DNA from: a virus
DNA length: 64,000 bases
Direction: 5' to 3' (one strand)
Virus record (IMG/VR): IMGVR_UViG_3300045988_138000
In this document: positions 1 through 8,884 of the stretch, one piece after another
How the letters are laid out: each line of letters starts with the position of its first letter
Position numbering within the stretch: the stretch's first letter is position 1
Notes under the pieces: generated by a model
What the model saw: the letters and a program-made list of their open reading frames with translations, nothing else
What the model was told of the DNA's origin: nothing
Database searches by the model: none
Position numbers and translations under genes: made by a program

Positions 1-646
1 GTGCTGACCGCTGTGTCTCGCTGTCGTAGCAGATGATGTGAGGGTCGCCTAATGGGTCGGCAAAGTAGTTACACTGGCGTATCATAGCATGTTTCTGAGC
101 CGAAGCCCTGTATGATAGCGGGATGGTGGGAACACGGAGGCGGGTCTTGCGCTCCAGTCCGTAGAAGGCACGCAGATGCTCCTTGTGCCATAACTCCTTG
201 CGCTGCTCGCTCTTCTTGCGCAACATTCGCTTGTATTTTCGAGGATTGTTGGCTTTGAGTTGCTTTATCGGACAGAAGCCGGCGGCAGTGAGACGGTGTC
301 TGGCTTCTATACAAGCCTCGGATGGAGCCTTGCCCCGCAGGGAGTCGTAATAGCCGTTGCGCTCGCAAATCTTCTTCGTATCCTTGGCTTGCTGCTTACG
401 GATGGCCTTCATGTCCTTCTCAAGCCTTAACTCGCGCTTGAAGCGTTGCAGGGTGGAAAAGCCGATGCCGAACCACGTCATCATGCGGCGGTTGGAGTTC
501 TTGGGGAAGAGCTTGCAGAAACGCTCCTTCAGCTCGCCTTCGAGATAATACTCATCTTTGCCAGCTTTGTATTTCGGTCGCGTAGGTATCTGCCACTTGG
601 CTGGAGTGGTGGGCTTGTTGGGTGTCTTGGTATTACGGAAACTCAT
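1..646 (-). CDS. hypothetical basic protein, partial (3' end lies outside the window)
   Basis: Missing from the ORF track because it runs off the edge. Manual translation from the ATG at 646 (ATGA overlap with the stop of 643..1134) is stop-free down to position 1 (MSFRNTKTPNKPTTPAKWQIPTRPKYKAGKDEYYLEGELKERF...). It displaces the listed ORFs 69..368, 357..548, 446..844 and 558..965. Confidence 0.65.
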   Translation of the reverse strand, partial: MSFRNTKTPNKPTTPAKWQIPTRPKYKAGKDEYYLEGELKERFCKLFPKNSNRRMMTWFGIGFSTLQRFKRELRLEKDMKAIRKQQAKDTKKICERNGYYDSLRGKAPSEACIEARHRLTAAGFCPIKQLKANNPRKYKRMLRKKSEQRKELWHKEHLRAFYGLERKTRLRVPTIPLSYRASAQKHAMIRQCNYFADPLGDPHIICYDSETQRSA

Positions 647-1134
647 GATGGTTGTTCCTTATCTTCTTTTTGTAAATGCTCACCATATTGCTTCCACTCG
701 GGGTCATGGATATTGCCGACGACCTCGAAGTTCTTCATTCTCTCTCGCGAGACGCAATCGAGGATGCCGTCAGAAATTCCTTTTACGTCAGAGGCGGGAT
801 TCTTTACCTTCACGAGGTCAAAGCAAGCATCCTCCTCGCTGTAACACACTACGGCGTAGTAACTGTCGCGCTTGTTTAATCTTGAGCAACTGTACGGATA
901 TTCGTCCGATCGCAACACGTCGCCCTCGTAAATCTTCTTACCGTTCTTGTCGAGAAGACCGATAAACTGGCAGACGGTATCAGGGTCAATTTGATATACC
1001 CCAGTGAACCCCATTTTGCCTTCTTCTTCAACAAATCCCGAGATGTTTGATTTTCCATCAAGAGAATGGGCAAAATCACCTGACACCCACTGTCCATACA
1101 TAAGGCTCAAGCCTTTAAACTTAATTGTTCTCAT
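643..1134 (-). CDS. YopX-family phage protein
   Basis: N-terminus MRTIKFKGL..GQWVSGDF and core DPDTVCQFIGLLDKNGKKIYEGDVL match the YopX pattern. Paralog of 3019..3393. Confidence 0.85.
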   Translation of the reverse strand: MRTIKFKGLSLMYGQWVSGDFAHSLDGKSNISGFVEEEGKMGFTGVYQIDPDTVCQFIGLLDKNGKKIYEGDVLRSDEYPYSCSRLNKRDSYYAVVCYSEEDACFDLVKVKNPASDVKGISDGILDCVSRERMKNFEVVGNIHDPEWKQYGEHLQKEDKEQPS

Positions 1135-1168
1135 TGTTCTCTATCTTTTCGTTAATACTCATATCGTT

Positions 1169-1432
1169 TTATCTCTTTCTTCGCTTCGCCTTGCGTCGTT
1201 CTTGCAGGTTATGCTGCACCAGTGGCGTAATGGTAAACGATGGCGATCCATCGGGCATGATAAAACGGACAATCCTCTTTATATTGCCTTCAAGAAAATC
1301 GTCTATAGTATCCACTACAGCGCTGAGAATCTCGATTTGCGATTTCTTCTCACCAGTCTGCTGCTCATACAAATAACGGATATATTCCGAATTAACGGTC
1401 ACGATGTATTGTCTTCCTTTATGTATCTTCAT
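1169..1432 (-). CDS. hypothetical protein with basic C-terminus
   Basis: 87-aa ORF in the minus-strand gene train, tightly spaced with its neighbours. Confidence 0.6.
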   Translation of the reverse strand: MKIHKGRQYIVTVNSEYIRYLYEQQTGEKKSQIEILSAVVDTIDDFLEGNIKRIVRFIMPDGSPSFTITPLVQHNLQERRKAKRRKR

Positions 1433-1458
1433 AGTCCTCTATATTTTTGTTGATACAG

Positions 1459-1818
1459 TTATTTGAATTTTATGGTATCGAGCCATTTGTCGGGGCACAT
1501 ACCTTTCTTAGGCTTACCGATGCTGATACTGACAATCTCCTTCTTAACACGTGGACTATCCTTGCGATAGCCGTTGACGAAGAGGACGTGAGTCAGTGCT
1601 TTGCCACACTCTTTAAAAATGTCTTTTCTGTCTCTGATGACATTGTGTTGCAAAGCCAAAGAAATGGTATCTGCTCCAACCAATGCTCTTGACATATCAA
1701 ATATACGCCTTACCCAGTACGGCTTAATCTCCCGATACTCCTCGGTCTTTCCGCCAGCCACAATCATGTCGAACCATTGCTTGCTGACTGTGAGGGTAAG
1801 AACCTTTTTGGTTTCCAT
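1459..1818 (-). CDS. ASCH-domain protein
   Basis: VSKQWFDMIVAGGKTEEYREIKPYW contains the ASCH GxKxxExR signature (GGKTEEYR). Size is typical for the family. Confidence 0.7.
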   Translation of the reverse strand: METKKVLTLTVSKQWFDMIVAGGKTEEYREIKPYWVRRIFDMSRALVGADTISLALQHNVIRDRKDIFKECGKALTHVLFVNGYRKDSPRVKKEIVSISIGKPKKGMCPDKWLDTIKFK

Positions 1819-1821
1819 ACG

Positions 1822-2616
1822 CTACTCTTCTTTATCTTTCGGCTTTTCAATCAAGAACCCGATGTTGGCATGAATGTTACCAAGCTTATACCACTTTTGG
1901 CTGATAGTCATTACGTAACTGCTGAAGGCTTCATCTTCAATTTCCAATTCAAATTCCTCATCGGTATCAGGCTCGCCGTGTCTTACGTAACCTTTGCCAG
2001 GAGTATAGATTAGACGATGATAACCACCATTCTGACAGAGATACAGACCGCTGTTCTCATAATCCGAACTCCAAAATTCCGGCTTATTTATATAGCAGAG
2101 CATCACATCACCATCGTAGATAGGGATATGTGATTTCTTGCCTTCGTTCTCACCTACATACTCCCTGGCATCAACATAATCTACCTGTCGGGCGGTAGTC
2201 ATCAATACATAGCCATTTTTTATCATTTCGGCTATCTCGACAAACGAAGCCTGACATTGCAGATCAAACTCCTTCTGGATACATTCATCACCTTTTTCAA
2301 ATATGGCAAGGATTCTTGAATTTCCATACGCACCAGAGGCAGAGGAATCTTTGACAAGACTATTCAGCATCTGTAATTTGCGAGCTTCCTGCGCCATACT
2401 TATCATAGTGTGAAAATAGTCGTCTGATTTATCGTTGATACACCAATACAGCCCGGAAGCCACCTTGCGCAAATAGCCGTACATATCCATCGCCACACGC
2501 TCCGAAATGCCATGCTGCATACACACGAACTTGTATTGATCTGGATAAAAATGTTCTACCAAATTGCAGAATGCCTGCATATTTTTGATGGTGCTTACAT
2601 ATTCTTCTGTTTTCAT
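1822..2616 (-). CDS. hypothetical protein
   Basis: 264-aa ORF bounded on both sides by TAG-CGT-ATG junctions. Confidence 0.75.
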   Translation of the reverse strand: MKTEEYVSTIKNMQAFCNLVEHFYPDQYKFVCMQHGISERVAMDMYGYLRKVASGLYWCINDKSDDYFHTMISMAQEARKLQMLNSLVKDSSASGAYGNSRILAIFEKGDECIQKEFDLQCQASFVEIAEMIKNGYVLMTTARQVDYVDAREYVGENEGKKSHIPIYDGDVMLCYINKPEFWSSDYENSGLYLCQNGGYHRLIYTPGKGYVRHGEPDTDEEFELEIEDEAFSSYVMTISQKWYKLGNIHANIGFLIEKPKDKEE

Positions 2617-2619
2617 ACG

Positions 2620-3015
2620 CTACTCATTTATTTTTAACTTCTCAAAATAGAACACTACAGGGGCATCAAATGCAGGAATAAGTAAACCGTATGCAATACT
2701 CATGTTTACCTGGAATTTAGCTGCACCTCTCAGCAACCCTTCTGCCTGTTGCTTGATGGCATTTCTGAACTGTTCGACGCTCATATCACGTTTACGAAAA
2801 TTACAGGCACGGCAAGAAGGCATATAGTTGCTGATTTTATCTTCTCCGTGGGAAACTATGAATTTCCCATCCTTAGCACTCCAGCGAGAGTAATAACCTC
2901 TATTTTTGGGAACAATATGATCGACCTGCATGTCCTCGTACTTTATCGATTTTCCACAATAAGCACAATGACCATCATACATTTTGTAAACGCGAAGCCG
3001 TTCTTCTTTCTTCAT
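2620..3015 (-). CDS. HNH endonuclease
   Basis: CAYCGK...MQVDHIVPKNRG...CRACNFRKRD, i.e. Cys pairs plus the HNH His/Asn core. Confidence 0.85.
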   Translation of the reverse strand: MKKEERLRVYKMYDGHCAYCGKSIKYEDMQVDHIVPKNRGYYSRWSAKDGKFIVSHGEDKISNYMPSCRACNFRKRDMSVEQFRNAIKQQAEGLLRGAAKFQVNMSIAYGLLIPAFDAPVVFYFEKLKINE

Positions 3016-3018
3016 ACG

Positions 3019-3393
3019 CTACTTCTTGTTATCGAATTTATTGCCAATAACTTTACACGTTATCTTCCCGTCCCATGTTGTATAATTAGATAAAGAGTAC
3101 AAAGCATTATCATAAATAGAGTGAATAAGGAAAGCACCTTGGTTAAAACAGATTTCTCCTATATTAGGACCTTCAAGTATATCTCCTTCCCAAACCTCAT
3201 TGCCTTCACAATCTGTCAATCCTGTAAACTGACAGACGGTTTCATGGTCAACTCTGTGCACTATTGGTACATCAGAAAACTCGTCACTGGGGTAACTTAT
3301 GCCAACATAACTTGTGCTATGTATCAAGTCGCCTTTTACCCATTCTCCGTTATCAAGACGTTTTGCCTTAAACTTGATATTTTCTGTTTTCAT
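3019..3393 (-). CDS. YopX-family phage protein (second copy)
   Basis: MKTENIKFKAKRLDNGEWVKGDL and DHETVCQFTGLTDCEGNEVWEGDIL. Paralog of 643..1134. Confidence 0.85.
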   Translation of the reverse strand: MKTENIKFKAKRLDNGEWVKGDLIHSTSYVGISYPSDEFSDVPIVHRVDHETVCQFTGLTDCEGNEVWEGDILEGPNIGEICFNQGAFLIHSIYDNALYSLSNYTTWDGKITCKVIGNKFDNKK

Positions 3394-3629
3394 TCGCTAC
3401 TCTTCTTATTACAAGGACAACTCTTGGCGTGAATAACACAAACTCCATGTTTCGTGTCCACAAGCAGATAGTCATGCCCATTCTTTGAAAATACTGTTGT
3501 ACTAAAATCTTTCGCAGGTTCATTTCTTTTAACTAATGAGAAAAAACCTTCAAAAGCCAACGCGCTTACAAGCAAGCACAAGACGAACCAAATAGTTGAC
3601 TTGGCTAAGACTAAAATCTTATTCTTCAT
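3390..3629 (-). CDS. small membrane protein
   Basis: 79 aa with an N-terminal hydrophobic helix (TIWFVLCLLVSALAFEGFF). ATGA overlap with the downstream gene. Confidence 0.65.
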   Translation of the reverse strand: MKNKILVLAKSTIWFVLCLLVSALAFEGFFSLVKRNEPAKDFSTTVFSKNGHDYLLVDTKHGVCVIHAKSCPCNKKSSE

Positions 3630-3632
3630 ACA

Positions 3633-4019
3633 CTATTCCTCCAATTTAATACCGAAAGGAGTTCCGTCGAAGAAGGTGTTGTCTTGATAGCTATTTTTTG
3701 AAGCCAGCAAGATGGCGCTACCATCCTTATCGCCCAAGCCTGCATAAAAGTTATCAACAGATATGATATTTTGATAACCACCTTCTTTGGCTTTTATCCA
3801 GCCGAATGGTTGATGCTTCAGCATCTCCTGCAAACATTCTTCGGCATTTGCAAACGAGCGATACTTTGGCTCTGGCTTGATGCGGTAACTATCAGGCTTT
3901 CCTGCAAAGCTCATGTTTTCTATGCTCATCCAGCCTGAGCCTGTTTTGGTTTCAACATCTTTTCCGTCTGCAAATGCCTGAATAACAGGCATTAGTTTTT
4001 TAGCTTCTTCTCTTGTCAT
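3633..4019 (-). CDS. hypothetical protein, paralog of 5074..5481
   Basis: Start moved to MTREEAKK (ATG at 4019, preceded by AGGAGGA), which removes the overlap with 4052..4519. Shares QAFA(D/E)GK...YRIKPE..KYR.FANAEEC..EMLKHQPFGW..DGTPFG(I/V)KLEE with 5074..5481. Confidence 0.75.
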   Translation of the reverse strand: MTREEAKKLMPVIQAFADGKDVETKTGSGWMSIENMSFAGKPDSYRIKPEPKYRSFANAEECLQEMLKHQPFGWIKAKEGGYQNIISVDNFYAGLGDKDGSAILLASKNSYQDNTFFDGTPFGIKLEE

Positions 4020-4051
4020 GATCAATCCTCCTGTTCTTTCTATTATTATAA

Positions 4052-4519
4052 TTACTTTATGAACGCCATCCAAATAGTTTGATTCTTAGACGTAGTGCGA
4101 TGCCCGAATATCGGCTTATAATCAGTAATCGCATTGAGTATGTCGTGAACCTTTATCTGATTTTCGTTCCACTTGAATATTAGCGTTCCGTTCGTTTTTA
4201 GTACTCTCATACCTTCGTGGATTGAGTCGTTGATAAATACTTGCCAATTTTCGGGCAGCTTACCATATTTCTTACATAGCCAGGAGTGCTCCCCCACTTT
4301 TAACAGATGAGGAGGGTCGAAAACTACCATGTCGAATGTTTCGTCTTCAAATGGCAAATTAGTGCAATCGGCAATTATATCCGGCGCTATATCCAATTTC
4401 CTTCCATCACACAAAGTTTCATGAACTTCTCTTATATCTGCGAAGAGTACATGAGGGTCTTGCTTGTCGAAATAAAACATACGTGACCCACAACACATAT
4501 CTAATATTCTTTTCTTCAT
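4052..4519 (-). CDS. small SAM-dependent (probably DNA amino-) methyltransferase
   Basis: Motif I-like ILDMCCGS and motif IV-like VVFDPPH ((D/N/S)PP(Y/F/H) type). 155 aa. Confidence 0.65.
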   Translation of the reverse strand: MKKRILDMCCGSRMFYFDKQDPHVLFADIREVHETLCDGRKLDIAPDIIADCTNLPFEDETFDMVVFDPPHLLKVGEHSWLCKKYGKLPENWQVFINDSIHEGMRVLKTNGTLIFKWNENQIKVHDILNAITDYKPIFGHRTTSKNQTIWMAFIK

Positions 4520-4522
4520 ACG

Positions 4523-4729
4523 CTATTCTTCTTGAAGTTCTACAGGCTCATCGTTCCAAGATAATTCTCTTCCAATGAGCTTCTTGATGCTGCCTTTTGG
4601 CAGTTCTACGTAGTCGTACACTCTATTTTCGTATTCATAAAATGTTGGCGCCCATACACAATTAAGTCGTTCTGGAAATGCTTCAAAGATGTATTCGTCA
4701 CCATACCTATTAACTGCTACCCATGCCAT
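4523..4729 (-). CDS. hypothetical protein
   Basis: Start moved to MAWVAVNRYG (ATG at 4729), directly after the stop of 4732.. and preceded by GGAGGAATAGTT. Confidence 0.6.
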   Translation of the reverse strand: MAWVAVNRYGDEYIFEAFPERLNCVWAPTFYEYENRVYDYVELPKGSIKKLIGRELSWNDEPVELQEE

Positions 4730-4731
4730 AA

Positions 4732-4974
4732 CTATTCCTCCAATTTTGGGCTCCAGTATTTTTGCCCACAGTACTCTTCCCCACATAGCTCTCTACTGTT
4801 CTGATACTGACAATTAGAACAACTTCGCTCGCTTGGATTCCACAGCATGAAATAAATTGCATCATGAAAACCTTGGTCATATACCTCTTGTTCAAATGCG
4901 TCAAAATTTTCCTTATAAGCTCCTTCTTCTTTTGCTTGTTGAATTATTTCATTTATTTTTTCATCAATTTCCAT
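4732..4974 (-). CDS. hypothetical Cys-containing small protein
   Basis: Start moved to MEIDEKINE (ATG at 4974, preceded by GAGGAGGATTAGTT). Confidence 0.6.
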   Translation of the reverse strand: MEIDEKINEIIQQAKEEGAYKENFDAFEQEVYDQGFHDAIYFMLWNPSERSCSNCQYQNSRELCGEEYCGQKYWSPKLEE

Positions 4975-5073
4975 AACTAATCCTCCTCTTTCATATAAGG
5001 ACAAACAACTACCTTTCGATAGAATTTACATTTATCCTTGTAATCACAAAAATCATAAAAACACCAAGCTATA

Positions 5074-5481
5074 TTATTCCTCCAATTTTACACCGAAAGG
5101 AGTACCATCGGCAAAGGTGTAAATATCAAACAAACGCTCAAACAAAACAGAGCCACAACTAAACATAACCCCATCGTTATGTACATAGTTTATTACTGTT
5201 CGCACATTTCGTTCTTTTTCCTTCACCCACCCAAACGGCTGATGCTTTAGCATTTCCTTCCAACACTCTTCTGCGTTTGCAAATGGGCGATACTTTGGTT
5301 TTTGCTCTGGCTTGATGCGATACTCATGACCTTTCATATACCACAAATCTTTTACCTCAGTCCAATCATCCGAAAAACCAGAACCTTTTATAAAATCTGG
5401 TTTTAGCCTACACTCAATTACCTTTCCTTCAGCAAAAGCCTGCAGGATAGAATAAAATTCTTTTGCTTGATTTCTATCCAT
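5074..5481 (-). CDS. hypothetical protein, paralog of 3633..4019
   Basis: Shares sequence blocks with 3633..4019 and the same KLEE C-terminus. Confidence 0.75.
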   Translation of the reverse strand: MDRNQAKEFYSILQAFAEGKVIECRLKPDFIKGSGFSDDWTEVKDLWYMKGHEYRIKPEQKPKYRPFANAEECWKEMLKHQPFGWVKEKERNVRTVINYVHNDGVMFSCGSVLFERLFDIYTFADGTPFGVKLEE

Positions 5482-5534
5482 AATTAATCTTTTATATTCT
5501 TCCTATCCATTCTCCCATAAGGGATGGTTAGTTA

Positions 5535-5747
5535 CTAAAACTCATCAAACTCTTTCCGAAATCTCTGTTCTGTTTCTGATACAAGTTGCGAGAATTTAGC
5601 GTTGAACTCTTTGTCGCATTTGAGCAAAACATCAAGACACTCTCCAAGTGTTATCTTACCAGCAGTTTCTGGCATTGTTAGCCTTTCCGCTTTTGGAATT
5701 AAACTTTTAGCTAAAAAATTAGCACGTTCTAATTGTTCTTTATTCAT
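5535..5747 (-). CDS. hypothetical protein
   Basis: 70-aa ORF in the gene train. Confidence 0.55.
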   Translation of the reverse strand: MNKEQLERANFLAKSLIPKAERLTMPETAGKITLGECLDVLLKCDKEFNAKFSQLVSETEQRFRKEFDEF

Positions 5748-5778
5748 TGTTATTCTTTTTATGCCCGAGAGCGATTAG

Positions 5779-6531
5779 TTACTCAATACCGTATGCCTCT
5801 GGCAACTTCTTGATAATATCACCGCCATAAGCATCTTGCGTTAATTTGACGAACTCACGAACAGAAGTCTTACCATCAAGGGATAACCCTTTGTTTGACA
5901 TAAAAGCTTCTCTGCCCATACGACAGGAACCGGTAAGCACGTGGTGATAGACGAACAAATCCATATTGTCATACTTAACATCATACTCAGGAAACTGCTT
6001 CATGAAGGCTTCGATTCGTTCCTCTTCGGTGCTGTCGTCGTACAGCTTTTCCTGAAGAGACATGAAAGCATCTTTTAGAGTGTCGCCATGAGCAAATTGA
6101 TTGTTCTCTTTGACAATATAGCAAGGTTCAAATTGTAGGTCGTTTTTAACGATGAAGCCTTTCGCTATATTATTACGGATTGACTTAAATATAGTAGGAA
6201 TATTGTCTACCATATAGATTTCTTTACCATTAATTTCTTTTATGCCATCACCATAGCCTTTGCCAGAGCCTGTGCAATATAAGGATCCAGAGCCACAATC
6301 ATTGCCATCGTTATAGGTGCCATAGGTGCTATAGTTAGAGCCATGACCTAAGCCAGAGTCAGAGCCATCACCCATGCCATCACCCATGCCATCACCAGAG
6401 CCATCGCCATTTCCAGAGCAACCACCCCCAGAGCCTTTGCCATAGAAATCGCAAGAGCCAGCGCCAGCACCATTGCCATTGCCATTACTAATAGCCGAAA
6501 ACGCCCTTATCTTGTCTTCTAACATTTCCAT
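5779..6531 (-). CDS. hypothetical protein with Gly-rich low-complexity N-terminal half
   Basis: GNGNGAGAGS..GSGGGCSGNGDGSGDGMGDGMGDGSDSGLGHGS is followed by a non-repetitive ~150-aa C-terminal domain. Confidence 0.7.
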   Translation of the reverse strand: MEMLEDKIRAFSAISNGNGNGAGAGSCDFYGKGSGGGCSGNGDGSGDGMGDGMGDGSDSGLGHGSNYSTYGTYNDGNDCGSGSLYCTGSGKGYGDGIKEINGKEIYMVDNIPTIFKSIRNNIAKGFIVKNDLQFEPCYIVKENNQFAHGDTLKDAFMSLQEKLYDDSTEEERIEAFMKQFPEYDVKYDNMDLFVYHHVLTGSCRMGREAFMSNKGLSLDGKTSVREFVKLTQDAYGGDIIKKLPEAYGIE

Positions 6532-6818
6532 ACTTCAACATCCTCAATAGATTTGATTGCCTTGTCTGTGCAAGGAATAATCTCAATAGCATCTAAGATA
6601 GTGATGCTATCTACAGTTACCGTAAACTTGCAAGATGATGGATTCGTTGTTCCGTCCTTGGCAAGCTGAGACAAGGAAGCCGCTCCAGCCCAAAACCAAA
6701 TGCGGCGAGCATCCTTCAAAGTTACCTCTCTACCTTTGTGTTCTACAAGTTCTCCAAACTCCACTCCGCTTCTGTCGCCGCGGATAATTACTTTCTTTCC
6801 GATATTTGTTTCCATCAT
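6519..6818 (-). CDS. hypothetical protein
   Basis: 99-aa ORF with a short overlap onto the downstream gene. Confidence 0.65.
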   Translation of the reverse strand: MMETNIGKKVIIRGDRSGVEFGELVEHKGREVTLKDARRIWFWAGAASLSQLAKDGTTNPSSCKFTVTVDSITILDAIEIIPCTDKAIKSIEDVEVWKC

Positions 6819-6844
6819 TTAAATTACTTATTTTTTTGATTAAT

Positions 6845-7465
6845 TTATTTTTTGTTGTTTTGACTGAAGACGTAAACAGGGAGGGCGTTGGGATGAGGAA
6901 GATACCATCCAGGCTTGTTAATTTCGCAACGAGTGAAAATTTCTGTACCTTCTCCTGTTGTATAGACCAATAAATAACCGTAATCAGCAGGCACCTGCCA
7001 ACACTGCAATACTATCGTCCAATATAGCTGAACCTCCCAAGGCTTCTCGTTAGGGGAAGACACGGGACTCCGACAGACGTAGGGGATAATACTACGAAAA
7101 GGCATCACGTCACTTGCCAACTTGCTCGTCCAGAAAACTGGATCTTCGCACGCCGCATCATCCAAATGAAAGCCTAAAGGGTCACAATAATGAACACGGC
7201 GGTGGTGAGCCAGAGATATACTGTTATCAGAAGACAGGTCTAATTTTTGAGTGATTAAATCTCTTTTATCTGCTATCCACACGTCACAGCCAAGTCCTGA
7301 TGGTACTCCGTCTGCAGCGGTGTCCACGTCCACTTGAAGTCTCCTCCATGCTGAGTTCAGTTGTTCTTTATCATCAATGCCTCCTATTTTCATTGCACTG
7401 TCAATGAAGTCGGAAGGTAGGTCGAAAGTTTCCATCTCGTTAAAAAATACAGATTTCATATACAC
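6845..7465 (-). CDS. hypothetical protein
   Basis: 206-aa ORF in the gene train. Confidence 0.7.
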   Translation of the reverse strand: MYMKSVFFNEMETFDLPSDFIDSAMKIGGIDDKEQLNSAWRRLQVDVDTAADGVPSGLGCDVWIADKRDLITQKLDLSSDNSISLAHHRRVHYCDPLGFHLDDAACEDPVFWTSKLASDVMPFRSIIPYVCRSPVSSPNEKPWEVQLYWTIVLQCWQVPADYGYLLVYTTGEGTEIFTRCEINKPGWYLPHPNALPVYVFSQNNKK

Positions 7466-8079
7466 TCTGCCTGATCCTTGTTCAGTTCCTGGTACTCCTT
7501 CTCTTTCTGCTCCAACAGCTCTTCAAGCGACAGGGTGGTATTGACGAGTGGGGCAGTGATATAATTGTATGGCAGACAGAAGCTGTAACCTTCGTTGTCG
7601 GTAGTGCGGAAAGGATAATGGTCCTCACGGTCGTCCTTATTACGAAATATGGCAGCACGCCACTCGGAGTTTCGGAAGTCGCGGACCAACACTTTCTCGA
7701 AAGGATCAAACTCATATTCAGGCATCAATTCAATAAGCCTCTGCATCTCATGTCTGATGCCCTCATTAATCTTCTTATTCATTTCTGTAATAGTATCGGC
7801 GTCAGGATCATCATCGTGCTGCCTATCAGACTGATGGTGTTCCTTACTCAGAAATCTGCGCATAAGTGACATGATAAAATGACATACAAGTAACAATATA
7901 CAGAAAAAAGCAATAACGCTAACTACTGCCATACGCCCGGCATCATACGCTACAATAAAGGACGGATCAGGATTGATGCTTATTGCCATCTTTCTTAAAA
8001 CGATGCCAAAGGCCATCGCGAAAAAACCGAATGCTAATGAAGCACAGAACACAACAAAAATTTGCTTAAATTTCTTCAT
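7456..8079 (-). CDS. membrane protein (two N-terminal TM helices)
   Basis: FVVFCASLAFGFFAMAFGIVL and VVSVIAFFCILLLVCHFIM are followed by a charged soluble domain. Confidence 0.7.
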   Translation of the reverse strand: MKKFKQIFVVFCASLAFGFFAMAFGIVLRKMAISINPDPSFIVAYDAGRMAVVSVIAFFCILLLVCHFIMSLMRRFLSKEHHQSDRQHDDDPDADTITEMNKKINEGIRHEMQRLIELMPEYEFDPFEKVLVRDFRNSEWRAAIFRNKDDREDHYPFRTTDNEGYSFCLPYNYITAPLVNTTLSLEELLEQKEKEYQELNKDQAECI

Positions 8080-8127
8080 TCTTATTTGATATTAAATATT
8101 TAATAATAGGACATTGCTTTCTCTTTT

Positions 8128-8514
8128 TCAGTCTTCGGGGAAGAGTGACGGATTAGCCAGCTTCCGCTTCGCCTCCATCGCAGCCATCTCCTTGATGCGT
8201 TCCGACCGCAGGCGAAACTCCTCGGCCTTGAGTGCTTTCTTCAGTTCGGCGCGATCGACTCGGTTGTTGGCCTGTACGACACGGATGAAACGCTCCCTGC
8301 CCAACTTCTTGTAAGATGGAATAAACTCGCTGTCTATCAGGTCGGCTGGCTCCTTGGGCGGTATATAAGTCCAGTTTCGGCTGCCCTCCTTGTTGACAAC
8401 ATAAAAGGTATGTTGCTTGCCATCGTCGCCTTTCACGACGATACCGCCCGTATGTCGGGCGATGCTGAAGCAGGATGTCATCCAACTCTCCTTGGTCATT
8501 AATATACTTTTCAT
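8128..8514 (-). CDS. hypothetical protein
   Basis: 128-aa ORF. The alternative frame 8153..8530 looks compositionally spurious (Arg/Gly-rich). Confidence 0.65.
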   Translation of the reverse strand: MKSILMTKESWMTSCFSIARHTGGIVVKGDDGKQHTFYVVNKEGSRNWTYIPPKEPADLIDSEFIPSYKKLGRERFIRVVQANNRVDRAELKKALKAEEFRLRSERIKEMAAMEAKRKLANPSLFPED

Positions 8515-8675
8515 GCCGAAAACTCCTCACATTTTTCTATCCGTTGATACTGCACATACTTCTTATGGCGCAGGCAATAGATGCCTCCAACGCAAGCCCG
8601 GCTGAAACTACAGGTCAGACAAACGAGACAAGACAATGAAGTCTGCGATAAGTTGTAGTGGTTTTTGTTTACCAT
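8511..8675 (-). CDS. small Cys-rich protein (54 aa, below the ORF-track cutoff)
   Basis: Manual translation gives MVNKNHYNLSQTSLSCLVCLTCSFSRACVGGIYCLRHKKYVQYQRIEKCEEFSA. Its TGA overlaps the ATG of 8128..8514, and a TAAATTTG -7 box lies ~39 nt upstream. Confidence 0.5.
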   Translation of the reverse strand: MVNKNHYNLSQTSLSCLVCLTCSFSRACVGGIYCLRHKKYVQYQRIEKCEEFSA

Positions 8676-8713
8676 ATTGTAATATCACGGATATGTTATT
8701 ATTTATTTCGTTG

Positions 8714-8721
8714 CAAATTTA
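8714..8721 (-). promoter_or_regulatory. Bacteroidota-type -7 box (TAAATTTG on the minus strand)
   Basis: Lies inside a ~50-bp block (8709-8760) that recurs at 18859-18909. Confidence 0.5.
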
Positions 8722-8836
8722 AGAAATAAAGTCGTAATCACAAAATATCTCGGGTATTTTGTTGTACTTTTAGGTGATATTTAAGATATTTTTAACAATA
8801 GTCCGTTGATAATTGTTTTGTAAGTGGTTTTAGTAC

Positions 8837-8884
8837 GGGGCGTAATAGCCATCAGCAGCACGCCCTAAAGGGCGTGTAGGGAAG
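8837..8884. repeat. palindromic REP-like element (copy of part of 24944-24980)
   Basis: taatagccatcagcagcacgccctaaagggcgt matches taacagccatcagtagcacgccctgtaagggc at 24944. Contains the hairpin ACGCCC-TAAA-GGGCGT. Confidence 0.6.

Noticed and set aside
69-965. ORFs 69..368, 357..548, 446..844 and 558..965
   Set aside because: They are superseded by the edge-truncated minus-strand CDS 1..646 and by the YopX gene, both of which have protein-like composition and ATGA coupling.
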